From contig MU006096.1 of assembly GCA_010093705.1 (NCBI GenBank), positions 1,076,004 through 1,140,003 of the forward strand: a stretch of 64,000 nt of DNA. The letters run 5' to 3'. Shown one piece after another: positions 23,156-39,075 of the stretch. The notes below the pieces were generated by a model, which saw only the letters and a program-made list of their open reading frames with translations, did not search any database and was not told the DNA's origin. How positions within the stretch are numbered: position 1 is the first letter of the stretch; every line of letters starts with the position of its first letter. The stretch is from Patellaria atrata CBS 101060 (lineage: Eukaryota). The position numbers and the translations under genes were made by a program.

Positions 23156-24551
23156 CCAGGTTGAGCATTATTGGAGAGCCCGTGTGTACGGAGCGTACGA
23201 TAAAACTGTTAAGCGATATATCTTCAACGAGATAATCATCCTCGCCGAAAAAGATGGGGAAGAAGAAGAAGGAATAGATTCAATTGAAACATGGACAGGG
23301 ACAACCACTCCTGCCATCCTGCAAGAACGTTGCTGCAGTTGGTGAACTTGCTGCAGCTTCATGCCAGGTGTGGAAGAGGATCGTGATTCGTGAACGCCGA
23401 CAATAGAAGTGGCTTCCATGTGGCTGGTTGTAGTGAGTAGTGAGGCATCCCAAGTTGCCTCTTTACAGATGTTCTCTATTTCCTCTAAGGTATGTTCCGC
23501 GATCCCCGTGCGCCTCTGCAAGTATAGTACTGTACCAGCAGCTTTACTGTTATTATACGAAAGTGAATACTGTAGTACCTTGGGCTTTTGAAGGTTCTAC
23601 TTTCTTGCCGCAGTATCGTACTGTACTGTGATGCACAGTACAGTACAAAGCGCTCCTGCGGTCCTGCCAGGTTTTGGTCGTCATATTGGTAACTTCCGTC
23701 TATAACAAACATCTTTTCTTCCGTAGCGTAACGGTCGATGGTGAGACGAAATAGGTCGTAGGTATAAAGGATCCATCCCCTCAACAATGTTTACCAAGGT
23801 CCCTCCATGCCGGCATCGAACCGAGGATTGGACTGGGTGCAAATCGGATGATGTTCAGTACAAAATCAAAGCTGCGGTGCCCAGGGGTTAAGTAGCCAGA
23901 CTGTTCTGATCTACGACTCAGGAGGACGAAGAAGTCCAGAGGATCGGGTGGGAGGTGATAGCGGCTTTCTCTTTTTGTCTCAGAGGCCAGTATCAGCCTC
24001 GTCGAGATGACCTCTCATCACATTATTTCACCACTTTCTCGCCCATGCCTATATTTTCTTCTTTTGAGGTTCTTGTCCTGCTTTGTGCCCACTGCCCAGT
24101 ATCACGGTACCGACTGGTTGGGTCTCTTAAAGTGTCTAATCCTGTAAGCCACAAGCATACTCCTAGCATACGCCAATCATCTCTTCCATCTCTCATACCT
24201 GCTCCTCCTAAATAACTGCGCTTAACCTATCCTTGTTCTCCTTCATACACACACCAATTCTGCCCCATAACTATCCCCCGATACCCGACCCTCCTGTCAT
24301 TTTGAGCATTCATTCTCTTGGACCTTTTCATCTTTGATTTCGTATCTTTTTTGTGCAATCCTACCCACTCTACCGCACGCTCCACTGTCCATCTATACTC
24401 CAATTGTTTCGTGCCAGTATAAGCAAAAAAGCTCGACAATTTAAAGATCGAGGGTATCCCACGACGATCTCTATCTTCCCCGGTTCGTCTTACTACCTTC
24501 CGCTCACGTGCGAGTCATTGAGAGCTTGTCGATCGACAAGCACCCCTCAGG

Positions 24552-25946
24552 ATGTCTGCTGAAGGACCACCCGTTTATGAGAGTGTCTACGACATTCCAG
24601 GAGACCGGTTCGCAACTATCACGTCGGATGATCATGGAGGCATCGTTTGGATTACGAGTTTGCTTTTCATGACCTATACACTCCTCACATTTGCTACAAG
24701 ATGCTTTATAAAATGGCACATGTTTGGTGTAGACGATTGGGCGATGGTGGCAGCGCAGGTAATAGCTTCCCATTGACAATGTTGAACCATATTCTAACAT
24801 CTAAATCAGGTAGCTGCAATGGGACAGTATGGCGCAATGTTCGTCGCGATATCAAATGGTCTAGGAAAATCAACTGCGATCGTTGACGAAATCCATGCAA
24901 CCCAGATAGGACAGGTAAACATTCTTAACTTGAAAAGTACAACAACACCTAACACAATAGTATAGGCAGTATTTGCAAGTCAAATTCTATTGATTCTTTC
25001 ACTGGGGTTGGCAAAGTCCTCAGTCATCTTGTTGATTCGTCGCGTCTTCACCCGTGATATGAAGACGTTCTGGTTCATTTGCAACATCATAGTTGGTGTC
25101 AGCATGGCATGGGCCGTAGGATCGATAATCGCTGTTTCGGTTGGCTGCACAAATGAAACCATTGTTCCCACCGCCGATCATGGGATATGTGGTGCCCTCG
25201 TCACACGCTGGAGAGTGGTTGCGATCCTCGATGTTCTCTTGGAAGCCATATTCGTCCTGCTTCCCATCTACCTTACATGGAACATTCAAATGAACGCTCA
25301 ACTCAAAGCTCGTGTCGTTGGAGCTTTTGCTTTCAGAATTCCGTACGTATCCCTAGTCTGACGTGCAAAAGAACCGACTTCTAACCCCAATCTTAGAGTT
25401 GCCATTTTCGCTATCATTTATGTCGTCTCCCTTGAGAGAGCTCTAAGACGACCTAACACTGGTGTTGCGTATGCAAATCCGATGGTCTATCTTCAAGTCG
25501 AATTAGGCTACTCACTTATCGCTGCTACCATCCCCTGTCTGAAATCCTTCATCAAATCCTTCGATACCGGCATGGGCCTCGAGATCGGCTACAGCTCCCG
25601 CGCTTACGGATCCGGTGCAAACAGCAACAATTCACAGACATATGGTACTTCAGGTTTTCACAGCAGCCGCTCTGCAAAGTCACCTGGAACCTACCAACTC
25701 AACAGCCTCAATGGGGATACCGTCTCGAAAGTTACCACCAAGAATGACGCTACTCCACGAAGAGCCCCGAGCCACGGACCCGGGGACTCGACCTTGAGGC
25801 CGGAGGACTTCAAAAATCACGCTGTCATCTATCATAGCAACGACAAGGGAGATACGACGAGCAGTCGCAGCGGGAGCCAAGAGATGATCATCCGACGCGA
25901 TGTGCAATGGGATGTGAGGCACGACTATGCGCCACGAGCACGATGA
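24552..25946 (+). CDS. PTH11-like (fungal rhodopsin-domain) integral membrane protein without CFEM, 4 exons
   Basis: Several hydrophobic helices with RCFIKW..FGVDDW, NGLGK, LAKSSV, VWNIQM-like TWNIQM, QVELGYSLIAATIPCLKSF, then a Ser-rich cytosolic tail ending SQEMIIRR. Three GT-AG introns. Confidence 0.85.
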
Positions 25947-26759
25947 AACTCCTTCCTTACAAAAACAAATTTCTTAGCGACTTATTTGAACAAGAAAAAA
26001 TAGAGAAAGTGTTCTTTTTTCTTTTTTTTTGGTTATTCTTGATCGGAGTCATCTTAGGGTTTTCGGGAATTCTGAAAAAAACAGTACGGTATCGTCATTT
26101 GAATACCCCCTACAAACTTTTGTACGTGTCATGTACGTTTTTGAGCTCGGCGCGTGGAGCACCCTTTCATCGAACCTGTTTCTACTCTTTTACGGGCTTA
26201 GATTTCTTTAGAAACCTCGTTTTTTTTTTCGTTTTTTCTTCATGACCGGAATGCTCGTGTAGATACCAAATCCAGTAAATACAAACCCTTTCAACTATAT
26301 ATGCTTGAATAAGCGCTAGGGCAGATCACCTACCATCTAAAACTTGCATTGCCACTATTAAAATTTTTATACAATACAATGATACATAGAAGACAACAAC
26401 ACTCTCCTTACCTATCCCATCACTTCGAGTCCCTCAGACAGTCTCCCCATCACTCGAGTCATATCCACAAACCCCAGAATCCAGACCGACCTGTCTCACT
26501 CCTCACACGGCGAAGGCTCGGTTCCCTATCTCTTGCGCAATCGCAGAACCTCAGAGGATTGATCACGGCAGGGAACGCGACCTGGCCTTGTCTTCTCGGC
26601 CCGTGTCCTTGTTGCGATTCGCTGCCCATCGCAATTTCGGTCGTTCCCGTTTACTTGCAACGACCTGGAGAAGCTGTGAGGATGAAAGACGCGTTTGGAG
26701 ACCCGAGGTTATGGTCTAGAAGGACAGGGAGTTCCGTACTGTATGGAGTACTTTTTTTT

Positions 26760-27494
26760 NNNNNNNNNNNNNNNNNNNNNNNNNNNNNNNNNNNNNNNNN
26801 NNNNNNNNNNNNNNNNNNNNNNNNNNNNNNNNNNNNNNNNNNNNNNNNNNNNNNNNNNNNNNNNNNNNNNNNNNNNNNNNNNNNNNNNNNNNNNNNNNNN
26901 NNNNNNNNNNNNNNNNNNNNNNNNNNNNNNNNNNNNNNNNNNNNNNNNNNNNNNNNNNNNNNNNNNNNNNNNNNNNNNNNNNNNNNNNNNNNNNNNNNNN
27001 NNNNNNNNNNNNNNNNNNNNNNNNNNNNNNNNNNNNNNNNNNNNNNNNNNNNNNNNNNNNNNNNNNNNNNNNNNNNNNNNNNNNNNNNNNNNNNNNNNNN
27101 NNNNNNNNNNNNNNNNNNNNNNNNNNNNNNNNNNNNNNNNNNNNNNNNNNNNNNNNNNNNNNNNNNNNNNNNNNNNNNNNNNNNNNNNNNNNNNNNNNNN
27201 NNNNNNNNNNNNNNNNNNNNNNNNNNNNNNNNNNNNNNNNNNNNNNNNNNNNNNNNNNNNNNNNNNNNNNNNNNNNNNNNNNNNNNNNNNNNNNNNNNNN
27301 NNNNNNNNNNNNNNNNNNNNNNNNNNNNNNNNNNNNNNNNNNNNNNNNNNNNNNNNNNNNNNNNNNNNNNNNNNNNNNNNNNNNNNNNNNNNNNNNNNNN
27401 NNNNNNNNNNNNNNNNNNNNNNNNNNNNNNNNNNNNNNNNNNNNNNNNNNNNNNNNNNNNNNNNNNNNNNNNNNNNNNNNNNNNNNNNNNNNNN
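26760..27494. other. Assembly gap (735 N)
   Basis: Run of N preceded by a poly-T tract. Confidence 1.
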
Positions 27495-27824
27495 ATCCCT
27501 TATCCCCTCCATCCCTACATACCCTCTATCCCCCCTCTCCCCCAATACGACAAGAATAATAACCGACGCCACTAACTCTAACACAGGCCCTCGAAAACGT
27601 CCTCCAGTCGATGAACAAGCTAAACCGCAGTCTGGAAGGCGTGATCGCGGTCGGGAACGAGTTTGGCGCCGTGGAGGCGCTGTGGAGCCAGTTTGAAAAC
27701 GTTATGGGGAGGACCGGGGAGGGTCCGGTGGGGGATGAGGGGGGAGAGGAGGAGGGATGATGGGGCGATGAAGAGGTATGACGGGGGGAGTATCAGGTTC
27801 TGAGGGAGGTGGGGATGTGCGTGT

Positions 27825-27850
27825 GAATGCGAATGCGAATGCGAATGCGA
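27825..27850. repeat. (GAATGC)4 microsatellite
   Basis: gaatgcgaatgcgaatgcgaatgcga, read directly. Confidence 0.85.
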
Positions 27851-28227
27851 GCAACACAACAGGTAGAATGCAAGTCACTTTGATACCCGACGATGAGCGT
27901 ATGGCATACACAATACGGCTGTTTTCAGAAGTATATGTATTGGGGCCGTCGACGGCGATATAGTCAATACAAGAAGAAGTATCTGTCCAAGGGAAAAAGT
28001 GGGATGAGATCACAGTAAAGTCATGAGCCATGGAAGCATGACAGCAACCCCATCCGTAATCAACGCCGGAAATGTATGTGCCCCCTCCCCTTTGAACCGA
28101 TTATGCACGAATAACAGAGCGTGTAGACTCCTTCCTACGAGGCGTATCCCTCAACAAATGAGAATATCCGTCACATGTCGTGTATGCATCAAAACCATCC
28201 GTCCGCCGTGGAGATTATCTGGGTCGA

Positions 28228-29154
28228 TCAGAGAACCTTGCAGGTCCGGCTTCTCTTGCTTTTCCTACTTCTGTTGCTTCCCATACCTGAGACGCGGCCG
28301 GTCTCTTCTCGTTGTTCCTCACCCACCGCCATTGTTACTGCTGTATCGAAGATCTCGTCGACGCCAATCATCTCTTTACTACTGCACTCCATATAGAGAG
28401 CGTCCATCTTGTCTGCGACGGCCTTGCCCTGTTGTGGGGTTACCGGTGTCAGACCTTGGGTCTTGAGTAGTTCAATGCAGGTCTTCTTGTAGCGGAGGTC
28501 GGATTTGAGGCCAACGAGGATGATGGGAGTGGTGGGACAGAAGTGGGTTACTTCAGGATACCACTACTCATGATTAGTCTGCTATATTTATATCATGGGA
28601 AGCTAGAGTGTCTTACCTTGTCCATGACATTCTCTAACGAGTTGGGACAGTCAATGGCGAAGCAGACGAAAATGAGGTCAGTCTCCGGGTAAGAGAGTGG
28701 ACGTAGGCGGTCGTATTCTTCTTGTCCGGCTGTATCCCACAACGCTAGCTCGACCATCTTTCCCGTAGGCGGATGAGGTGTGTGAGTAATGTAGTTCTCG
28801 AAGACTGTGGGAACATATTTCTATCACACGCTATCAGTACTTGATCATTCTGCTATGGTATACGATGCTTTGCCTTACCTCTGGAAAGTATCCTTGACTA
28901 TAGCTGATCAACAAACATGTCTTCCCACATCCGCCGTCGCCGACGACGACTAACTTTTTCGAGTACGCTGGAGGTTCTGTGATAGTTGTGGCAGCTGTAT
29001 CACTTGTGGAAGTTGTACCGTTCGAGCTAACTGTACCGTTGCTTTCGCGCTGACTGGATGTTCGGACGGGTTTACGAGCGATACCACCTACAGGATTTAC
29101 TGATGCCTGCATCGAGCCTTTGCGGCGAAGGTAATCGTAGTTCTGCGAAGACAT
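28228..29154 (-). CDS. RHO4: Rho-family GTPase Rho4, 3 exons
   Basis: N-terminal extension, [64 protein letters not shown], polybasic tail and CAAX box CKVL*. Confidence 0.92.
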
Positions 29155-29638
29155 GGTGACCGTCTATTGAAGAAAGATAAAACAAGAGAAAATGCTGAAA
29201 TCAATTACAATGCTTATGATATTCAAGGCTTAGTGCGAATAGCCTCACATGCAGAAATGCAGGGAGAGGAACGTAGGTTGAAGTTGTAGGTTCCGATTCA
29301 GGTGTGTGCAGATGTTGGAACTTTGGATTGATCCTTGGTCTGCATAGCAACCAGAGTAAACAAAGGCCAAGCCCGAACTTTAAGCGGCCACACTCAAATT
29401 TGCGCCCAATCAGAGATGGGACGAGTGGGCACCGAGGCAGGTCCACATGCGGCCGCTCCGCCCCTGGTCGTCATTTCGGATCGTCAGTCAGCACCGCAGC
29501 CCAGGATGAATACATCAAAGGAGATGAGCGCGTAAGGGAAGAATGCATCAATTCTACACCTTTTACGTCATTTCAACGCTCTCGGTGCCTCCATCATGAG
29601 CGTGTAGGACGCTGCACAAACCCACCGTATTTTCCTTC

Positions 29639-31620
29639 ATGCAATCGCCAACGCCGGCAACAGATGGAGCAAGGGAAAGTCGTTCCGCACGAGACGGAGG
29701 TACAGATACTCGCAACGCCGCTGTCATGACAGATGCACCCCGCTATGATGCGGGAATGCGGGATCTAGATCATTGTACGTTAACGGTGCATCGAGACATG
29801 TAGAAATGTAGAGACTGATTGATTTGCGCGAACGTGAAACAGACGCCAGCAAACTTCCTAAATGGCGTTACAATCTACGACAACGATTGATACCGATCGT
29901 ACGCTCTGAGACGCCCTATCTGGCACTCTTTCAAGAAAAATGTCGAACATCGGCCCTCGATTCGTACTTTGCATTCACCGCAAACTTGGGCACGCATACC
30001 TTCTTTATGATAATGTTACCTATCCTATTTTGGTGTGGATTCACAAATGTGGGAAGAGCGTACGTAAAAACCCAAGGGTATACCGAAATAGTCGGCTGAT
30101 ATAATATTAAAAGCATGGTGCACGTATTAGCTGCAGGTGTCTTCTTCACTGGCTTCGTGAAAGATATGTTGTGTCTTCCAAGACCACTATCCCCACCCCT
30201 TCAACGGATAACCATGTCTGGATCGGCTGCCTTGGAATATGGCTTTCCATCCACTCACTCCGCAAATGCAGTATCAGTTGCAGTCTATGCAATTGCTTCG
30301 ATACGGTCGAACGAGAACATCTCCAATTCCGTTCGCCTTGCTCTAGAACTTCTGTTCTACTGCTATGCTTCGTCAATTGTCATAGGGCGGTTGTATTGTG
30401 GCATGCACGGTTTCTTTGATGTCATAATCGGGTCTTTAATGGGAGCCGCAATAGCTGCTGTCCAACTTCTTTACGAAGAAGTCTTTGACCAATGGATCGC
30501 AACTAACGGTTACCTGAATCCCCTCATAGCTACGTTAATCTGTCTAGTCCTCGTCAGAGTACATCCAGAGCCTGCTGATGATTGCCCTTGTTTTGATGAC
30601 AGCATCTCTTTTGTCGGTGTTACTGCTGGAATTCAAATTGGTTACTGGCATTATGCTAATACGGGTATGGCTTGGGATAAACCAATTCCTGGAACCGTGC
30701 CGTTTGATTTTGAAGAAGTTGGACTTTTTAAATCATCTTTAAGGATCATACTTGGAGTAGTCATCATATTCCTTTGGAGAGGCGTAGCGAAACCAACCCT
30801 CTTGAAAACTTTACCAACTTTGATGCGTTTCATTACGAAGATTGGCTTGGAGAATCCTCGCAAATTCTTTCTACGAGCATCGTTAGTACTCTGTATCAGT
30901 ACTTAGTGCACTGAGCAGCTGTTAACTCAATATTAGAAGCCAATATTCAAGCGTACCGCACTTGCAGGATGATGACAATGTCATTCCCCCTGCATCGGAA
31001 ATTCCACATTTACTGACACAATTCCGTCATCCACGCCAAAGAGCAGTCTCTATTGGACCGCAATCCGCGGCAGACGCATACGAAACAATTGCATACCGGC
31101 ACAAGAGAAGGCGAGAGAGCTTATCCTCTACTGATGGCAGGAAAGACAGGAGTCCGGTGGATCCTAAGTCGCCCGCAACCTTAGACTCCGAACTTGACGC
31201 CACCCTAAGCAATCAGACAAGTTCAAATAATCGCAGTAGTAGCCCATTAGGTGTTGATCTGCTTCCCTCTCCTGTTTCCTCGCGAGTGCATTCGTACGAG
31301 CGGATGATGGGAACAGGAACGGTGGGAAAATCTCTAATCACCCCTCCGGAGAGTGTTGTAGACGTCACTACCGACGATAACCGACCTAATTTATGGACGG
31401 AGGAAGAAGAGAAGGAAGAAAGAGAGATGTTTCTGAAAATCGAGAAACCTCGAGTGAGGTATGATGTTGAAGTCGTCACCAAGCTCATAGTATATTCAGG
31501 TAGTCAATGTCTATCCCAAAACTTTCCTCCCCTGTACTAATAATCTCTATAGGTATCGCATGGTTAGCTGTTGAAGGTAACCCACTACTCTTCGAGTACT
31601 GCGGGTTAGGCATGAATTAG
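29639..31620 (+). CDS. LCB3: Sphingoid long-chain base-1-phosphate phosphatase (PAP2 family), 5 exons
   Basis: LGTHTFF, KDMLCLPRP, EYGFPSTHS and GRLYCGMH (PAP2 C1-C3 motifs), DDCPCFDDS and RVRYDVEVVTKLIVYSGI. Start may be 29726. Confidence 0.9.
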
Positions 31621-31914
31621 GAATTTTGGATTTTTATTTGAAATGTATCATAACGATCATAGTGTTGAAGTTTTGTTTATGACAAGCACTAGTCAACACG
31701 CAAGAATATGAACGGATGGCAATGTGAAGCTCGTATTTCATCTCCTACAGTAATTGTCCCTTACGGACGAGAGTCTGAGCATAGGGATTGTCTTGGCACT
31801 CACCCCCGACGTTCTCCGCAAACCCTGGCCTATGAGTTTACCTTGGCGTGCTATTTCTAAACTGTCAAAGTTGTCCTCTATGTGCCGAAGCAACAACACC
31901 AGCAATTCACAACG

Positions 31915-32701
31915 ATGGTTTGGTCGCATATAGGAAGACTCTCTCTATTTTTGGTCGCGTTAGTTTCGCATACATCCGCACATGATGACCATTCTCATGG
32001 CCAGGTTCCCATAAGCGATAATGCCAATTGGGCAACAAGGCACATGGAAGGTTAGTACTGTGTGGCCTTGACCTCCATTCTAGCACAGCAGTAAACACTA
32101 TAGTTTTTCATTGGACGTCTTCAACTCTTTGGATACCTTTTTCTTTGTACGATCCAAGCGCAATCGCTCTAGACTAACTATTCACTTGTCCAAAACAGAG
32201 GAACACCACCTCAGCTTCTTCGACGCCGGCGTCTTCTTCCGCCTTCACGATTTCGACAACACCGAAGCGTGGTCGCGCGACGACATCGCACGAACCTATG
32301 GTCTCTTTGATGAATCCTTAGCCTCGGTTCCCCAGGGTCGAAGGGACGAGATCGTGAACAGGGTCCTTGCCCTCTACGACACCGATAACTCGGGCACTGT
32401 ATCCTACGACGAGTTCATTGCGGCCGACGCACGAGGCGTACAGCTACCAGACTTCGGACTTGGTCCAGGCCACCACGGTGATGATGAGTATGAGTACGAA
32501 ATTCATCATTTTGAGAAGTATCATGGAGGTGATGACGTCAAGGAGGAGGATCTAACACATCCAGAGGATATCGAACATTTTAAGAAACATGAGAAGTTGG
32601 ACATGGAGGAGTGGGAAAGAGAGAGGCAGGAGGCATGGGAGAGGGATGGGGGAAAGGTGGTGGAAGGGAATATTCCGAAGAAATTCAGGAGAGGGGGGTA
32701 A
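31915..32701 (+). CDS. SSP120: Secretory-pathway EF-hand protein Ssp120, 2 exons
   Basis: Signal peptide, then WATRHMEEEHH across the intron (32051-32197), FFRLHDFD, EF-hand DTDNSGTVSYDE, GPGHHGDDEYEYEIHHFEKYH, HPEDIEHF and NIPKKF. Confidence 0.9.
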
Positions 32702-33096
32702 GCTATTTCGTTATACTGTAATAAGTTTTGGCTGGGCGGGGATCGTCTTGACTTTGGGATCGGCTACTGAGGGCTTACAGGTCCGCCTCGTGGTCTCGGT
32801 GGGTGTTCGATAAAACTATATGAGATTTATGGGGCTGTAAGTATACAAGCACGATGTTACGAGCTAATCGAGACGGAATCAACAGATTCAATACATGATG
32901 ACTTTGAAGGAGTCATTGGACCAAAATTTGTCACCTTTCTCGAACCCCTTCTCGATCAATCAAATATCATCTTCTGAGTCGTTCTCGTTTTTGTATAAGC
33001 GTGAATTTTGAACGAATTACCGCACAATTTTCCGACACTCTCCTAGATACTAGGGAACGTATGATCAATAGGACTTAAATATTACTATATCTTCAT

Positions 33097-35220
33097 CTAT
33101 TCTGGTTTAATACCTATGAACATAAAGTTATCTGCTTTAATATTTAGAAACTGCGGTTTCGCCCTTCCTCGTATAAGGTCTTCAATCGCAGAGCCATATT
33201 TGATCAATAAATCCTCTTTGTGCGCAGTTTGGAGTATTCCAAGACCGAATGGTACACCGTTTTCGTTTACCCCAATAGGGATGGTGATCACTGGATATCC
33301 TACCCAAAAATCAGCAAAATTAACGAGAGTCAGAACATTAGTATACTCACCAGCTTTAGCAGCAACCTGAACCGCAACACCCCCATCTGCCTGTACTGGT
33401 ACGAGAAGTCCATCAAGCGGTTCCCCTTGTGATTCAAGTGCAGCATCAATTCCTTCGTCCCTTGACTTCTTCTGTATATACGCTAAAGCATTAGTGTAGT
33501 TATCGTTCTTAATTCCCTTGGAAGCAGCACTCTTTTCAAAGGTATCCTGACCCGTAGGCCATGCGGGGTGTGTTCCAGGGACACCGCCCTCTTTCTCGGT
33601 GTGTCTGGTATTATACGCTATGATGTCTTCCAAGGTCTTAATGTTGTGCGGGTTGCTTGTCAAGCCAGAGAGGTACGATTGGATCTCGTTGTAGAATTCA
33701 GTCTTTACGACTGTGAATTCGGATTGTTCCGGGCGTCCTTGTTTGGCTGCGTAGTCCCTGTTTCCAGTATCAGTTATCTCTTATCTCTCGTTTGATGCAT
33801 AGATTATGGCTTTTTACCAGTCGGAGCCCTCAGGGGGTACAATCTCCTCGGCACTGGGAAGGTCTACATTATTCAACACCTCAGCCCCAGCCTCCCGTAT
33901 CTTCTGAATCGCCGTAATCAACCCTTCATACTCCATTTTCCCGTTCGAAGTTCTTTTAGCCCTCTCCCAGATCCGTTTCCACGGCAACCCAAACCGTGCC
34001 CCTTTCAACGCTTCCTTAGTCGTGACAAATGATGAATAGGAAGCTATAAACCTTCTATTAGATCAACTTGTGCACTACGATTGCGAAGAGAGAGTTACCG
34101 TTTTCCAAACCATGACTAATACCGTCTAACGCTATTACGGCATCGGCTACGAACCGCCCAAATGTGCCAACGGTGTCTAGGCTGCTGGACTCGGGGATGA
34201 CGCCTGCGGTGGAAGTCAGACCTACGGTCGGTTTGAGACCTACGACGCTGTTGCGATCGGCTGGGTAGATAACCTATGTTATAATTAGCATTTTATACTC
34301 ACTTAACTTTCGGGGTAGCGGTCTTGCATAGCAGTACATACGCTCCCATCCGTCTCAGTCCCCAGACTAAACGTAGCGATATTAGTAGCGACACAAACGG
34401 CACTTCCGCCACTCGAGTCTCCGGGCGCTTCTGCGAGGTTGTACGGGTTTCGACACTGGCCGCCGCGGCTGGAGTAGCCTTCTGAGCTTGGGGGTTAAGG
34501 TTAGAAGTTGGAATGGCTCAAGTGCGGAGGACGTACTAGTAGGATGCTCGCATTGCGGCCCATTCGGACATGTTGGCGTTGCCGATTAGCACGGCTCCTG
34601 CGTCTCGTAGTTTGGTAACTACTTCTGCGTCCTTTGGTACTGTGGCGCCGACGAGCACTGGGATTCTGTCAGTGGGTGTATGGCTGATGTAGGCATCAGG
34701 GGAGAACGTACTGGTGGAGCCGGCGGTGGTTTGCATGTCGTCTTTTGTTGCTATGTTCTGTGATTAAGGGGTTAGGGGATTTGTGCTAATATATATTTAC
34801 GGCGCCCAAGCCGCGTCAGCAGATAACTGAAATCAGACATACATTCTTAACTACGAAAGGAATCCCATGCAATAAACTCCTTACTTTCCCCTCTTCTCTC
34901 TCCTTATCCATTCTATCTGCGATTAGGAGAGCTTCTGGGTTCACGTCGATTACTGCCCTAACCCACAGGTATCAATAAGTACAATCCTGTTACCACAATT
35001 CAAACTGAAAGCGCTCCTATGGTATGGATCACGGTTTATAGGAATCGTACTTGACAAGTTCATCTACCACCTCCATCCTCCCAAGGTGACATTCTGTGAG
35101 TTCGTAAGAGGTGAATTTCCCCTCCGTTAGAGCTTGTTGTAGTTGTGTGATTGAGTAGTCTTCAATATTGATACCCGCGCATAGGGGCATCTCCAAGTCA
35201 TATTCAGTTTGGTTAGTCAT
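33097..35220 (-). CDS. Amidase-signature family enzyme, 9 exons
   Basis: Spliced: LHGIPFVVKNNIAT, MQTTAGS, ANMSEWA, GYSSRGGQCRNPY, PGDSSGGS, LGTETDGS, VVGLKPTVGL and AGYPVITIP. Eight GT-AG introns give a continuous frame. Confidence 0.88.
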
Positions 35221-35696
35221 TTCGGTCTAGATGCTGACCTGGGACTGGAGTATTGAGTGTATTCCGGATTCGGGCTTAGAGGACTAGTAAGGGAACTTTA
35301 GGTCAGTGACGACGAAAATGAGTTAAGTGGAAAACGAACTGAGGAATGACCAAATGAGGTACTATAGAGGTAATATCAGAAGAGGTATACTTTTGATAGG
35401 TGTCTAGTACCTATCAGAAGTGTCCGAGTTTATGGTTTGTCCGTGCCACGTGATCGAGCTCACCATTTGCTGGCAGGGTTAAGCTATCGACCCCTGAATA
35501 TCAGAGCTGTGCTGCTTTCTTGACAGAGATCCAGTGATAATATACAATATTACATTCCATTAGACGTGCAGATACCCACCACAAAATGCATACACTCACT
35601 CAATACCATTGGTAGCACTGATCCAAACACCACCCCAATGCAACCATTTCCATGTATCATATCCTCGTCAAGGCGATCATGCCAGTATATTCTCGC

Positions 35697-38753
<3,057 letters not shown>

Positions 38754-38862
38754 GTTGATATACTGTTAGTTTTGATATCGACAGGTTGATTCTGACTGGA
38801 AGGTTTGGATTTTGTTGAAAGATTGAGGGGTGAGTAGGGGGACGCGCACCGAGCTTAGTCAA

Positions 38863-38878
38863 ACGCGTCAAAACGCGT
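38863..38878. promoter_or_regulatory. Tandem MCB boxes (ACGCGT x2) upstream of MCM6
   Basis: aaACGCGTcaaaACGCGTct, 110-125 nt upstream of the ATG, plus a partial gacgcg at 38841. MCB sites are established G1/S (MBF) elements. Confidence 0.75.
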
Positions 38879-39075
38879 CTTTCAATTAAGCCCCAATTCG
38901 GACAAGCTCACTCTTCCCTTTTCATAAGTGCAACCTAAAATACCTTAACTACCTCGCACCGTCCGTTCTACAGTACAGTAGTATTTCTAAGGCAACTACC
39001 TAGCACACAGGGCTCGAGGTATGTAAGTTAAAGCTTAGTGATCAAACATACTGGCCAACCTACAGGCAATTTACT

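Noticed and set aside
26459..26629. 56-aa minus-strand ORF next to the gap
   Set aside because: No motif, intron or compositional support.
26349..27696. Three long ORFs (408, 333 and 291 aa) in the ORF track
   Set aside because: Artefacts of reading through the N gap.
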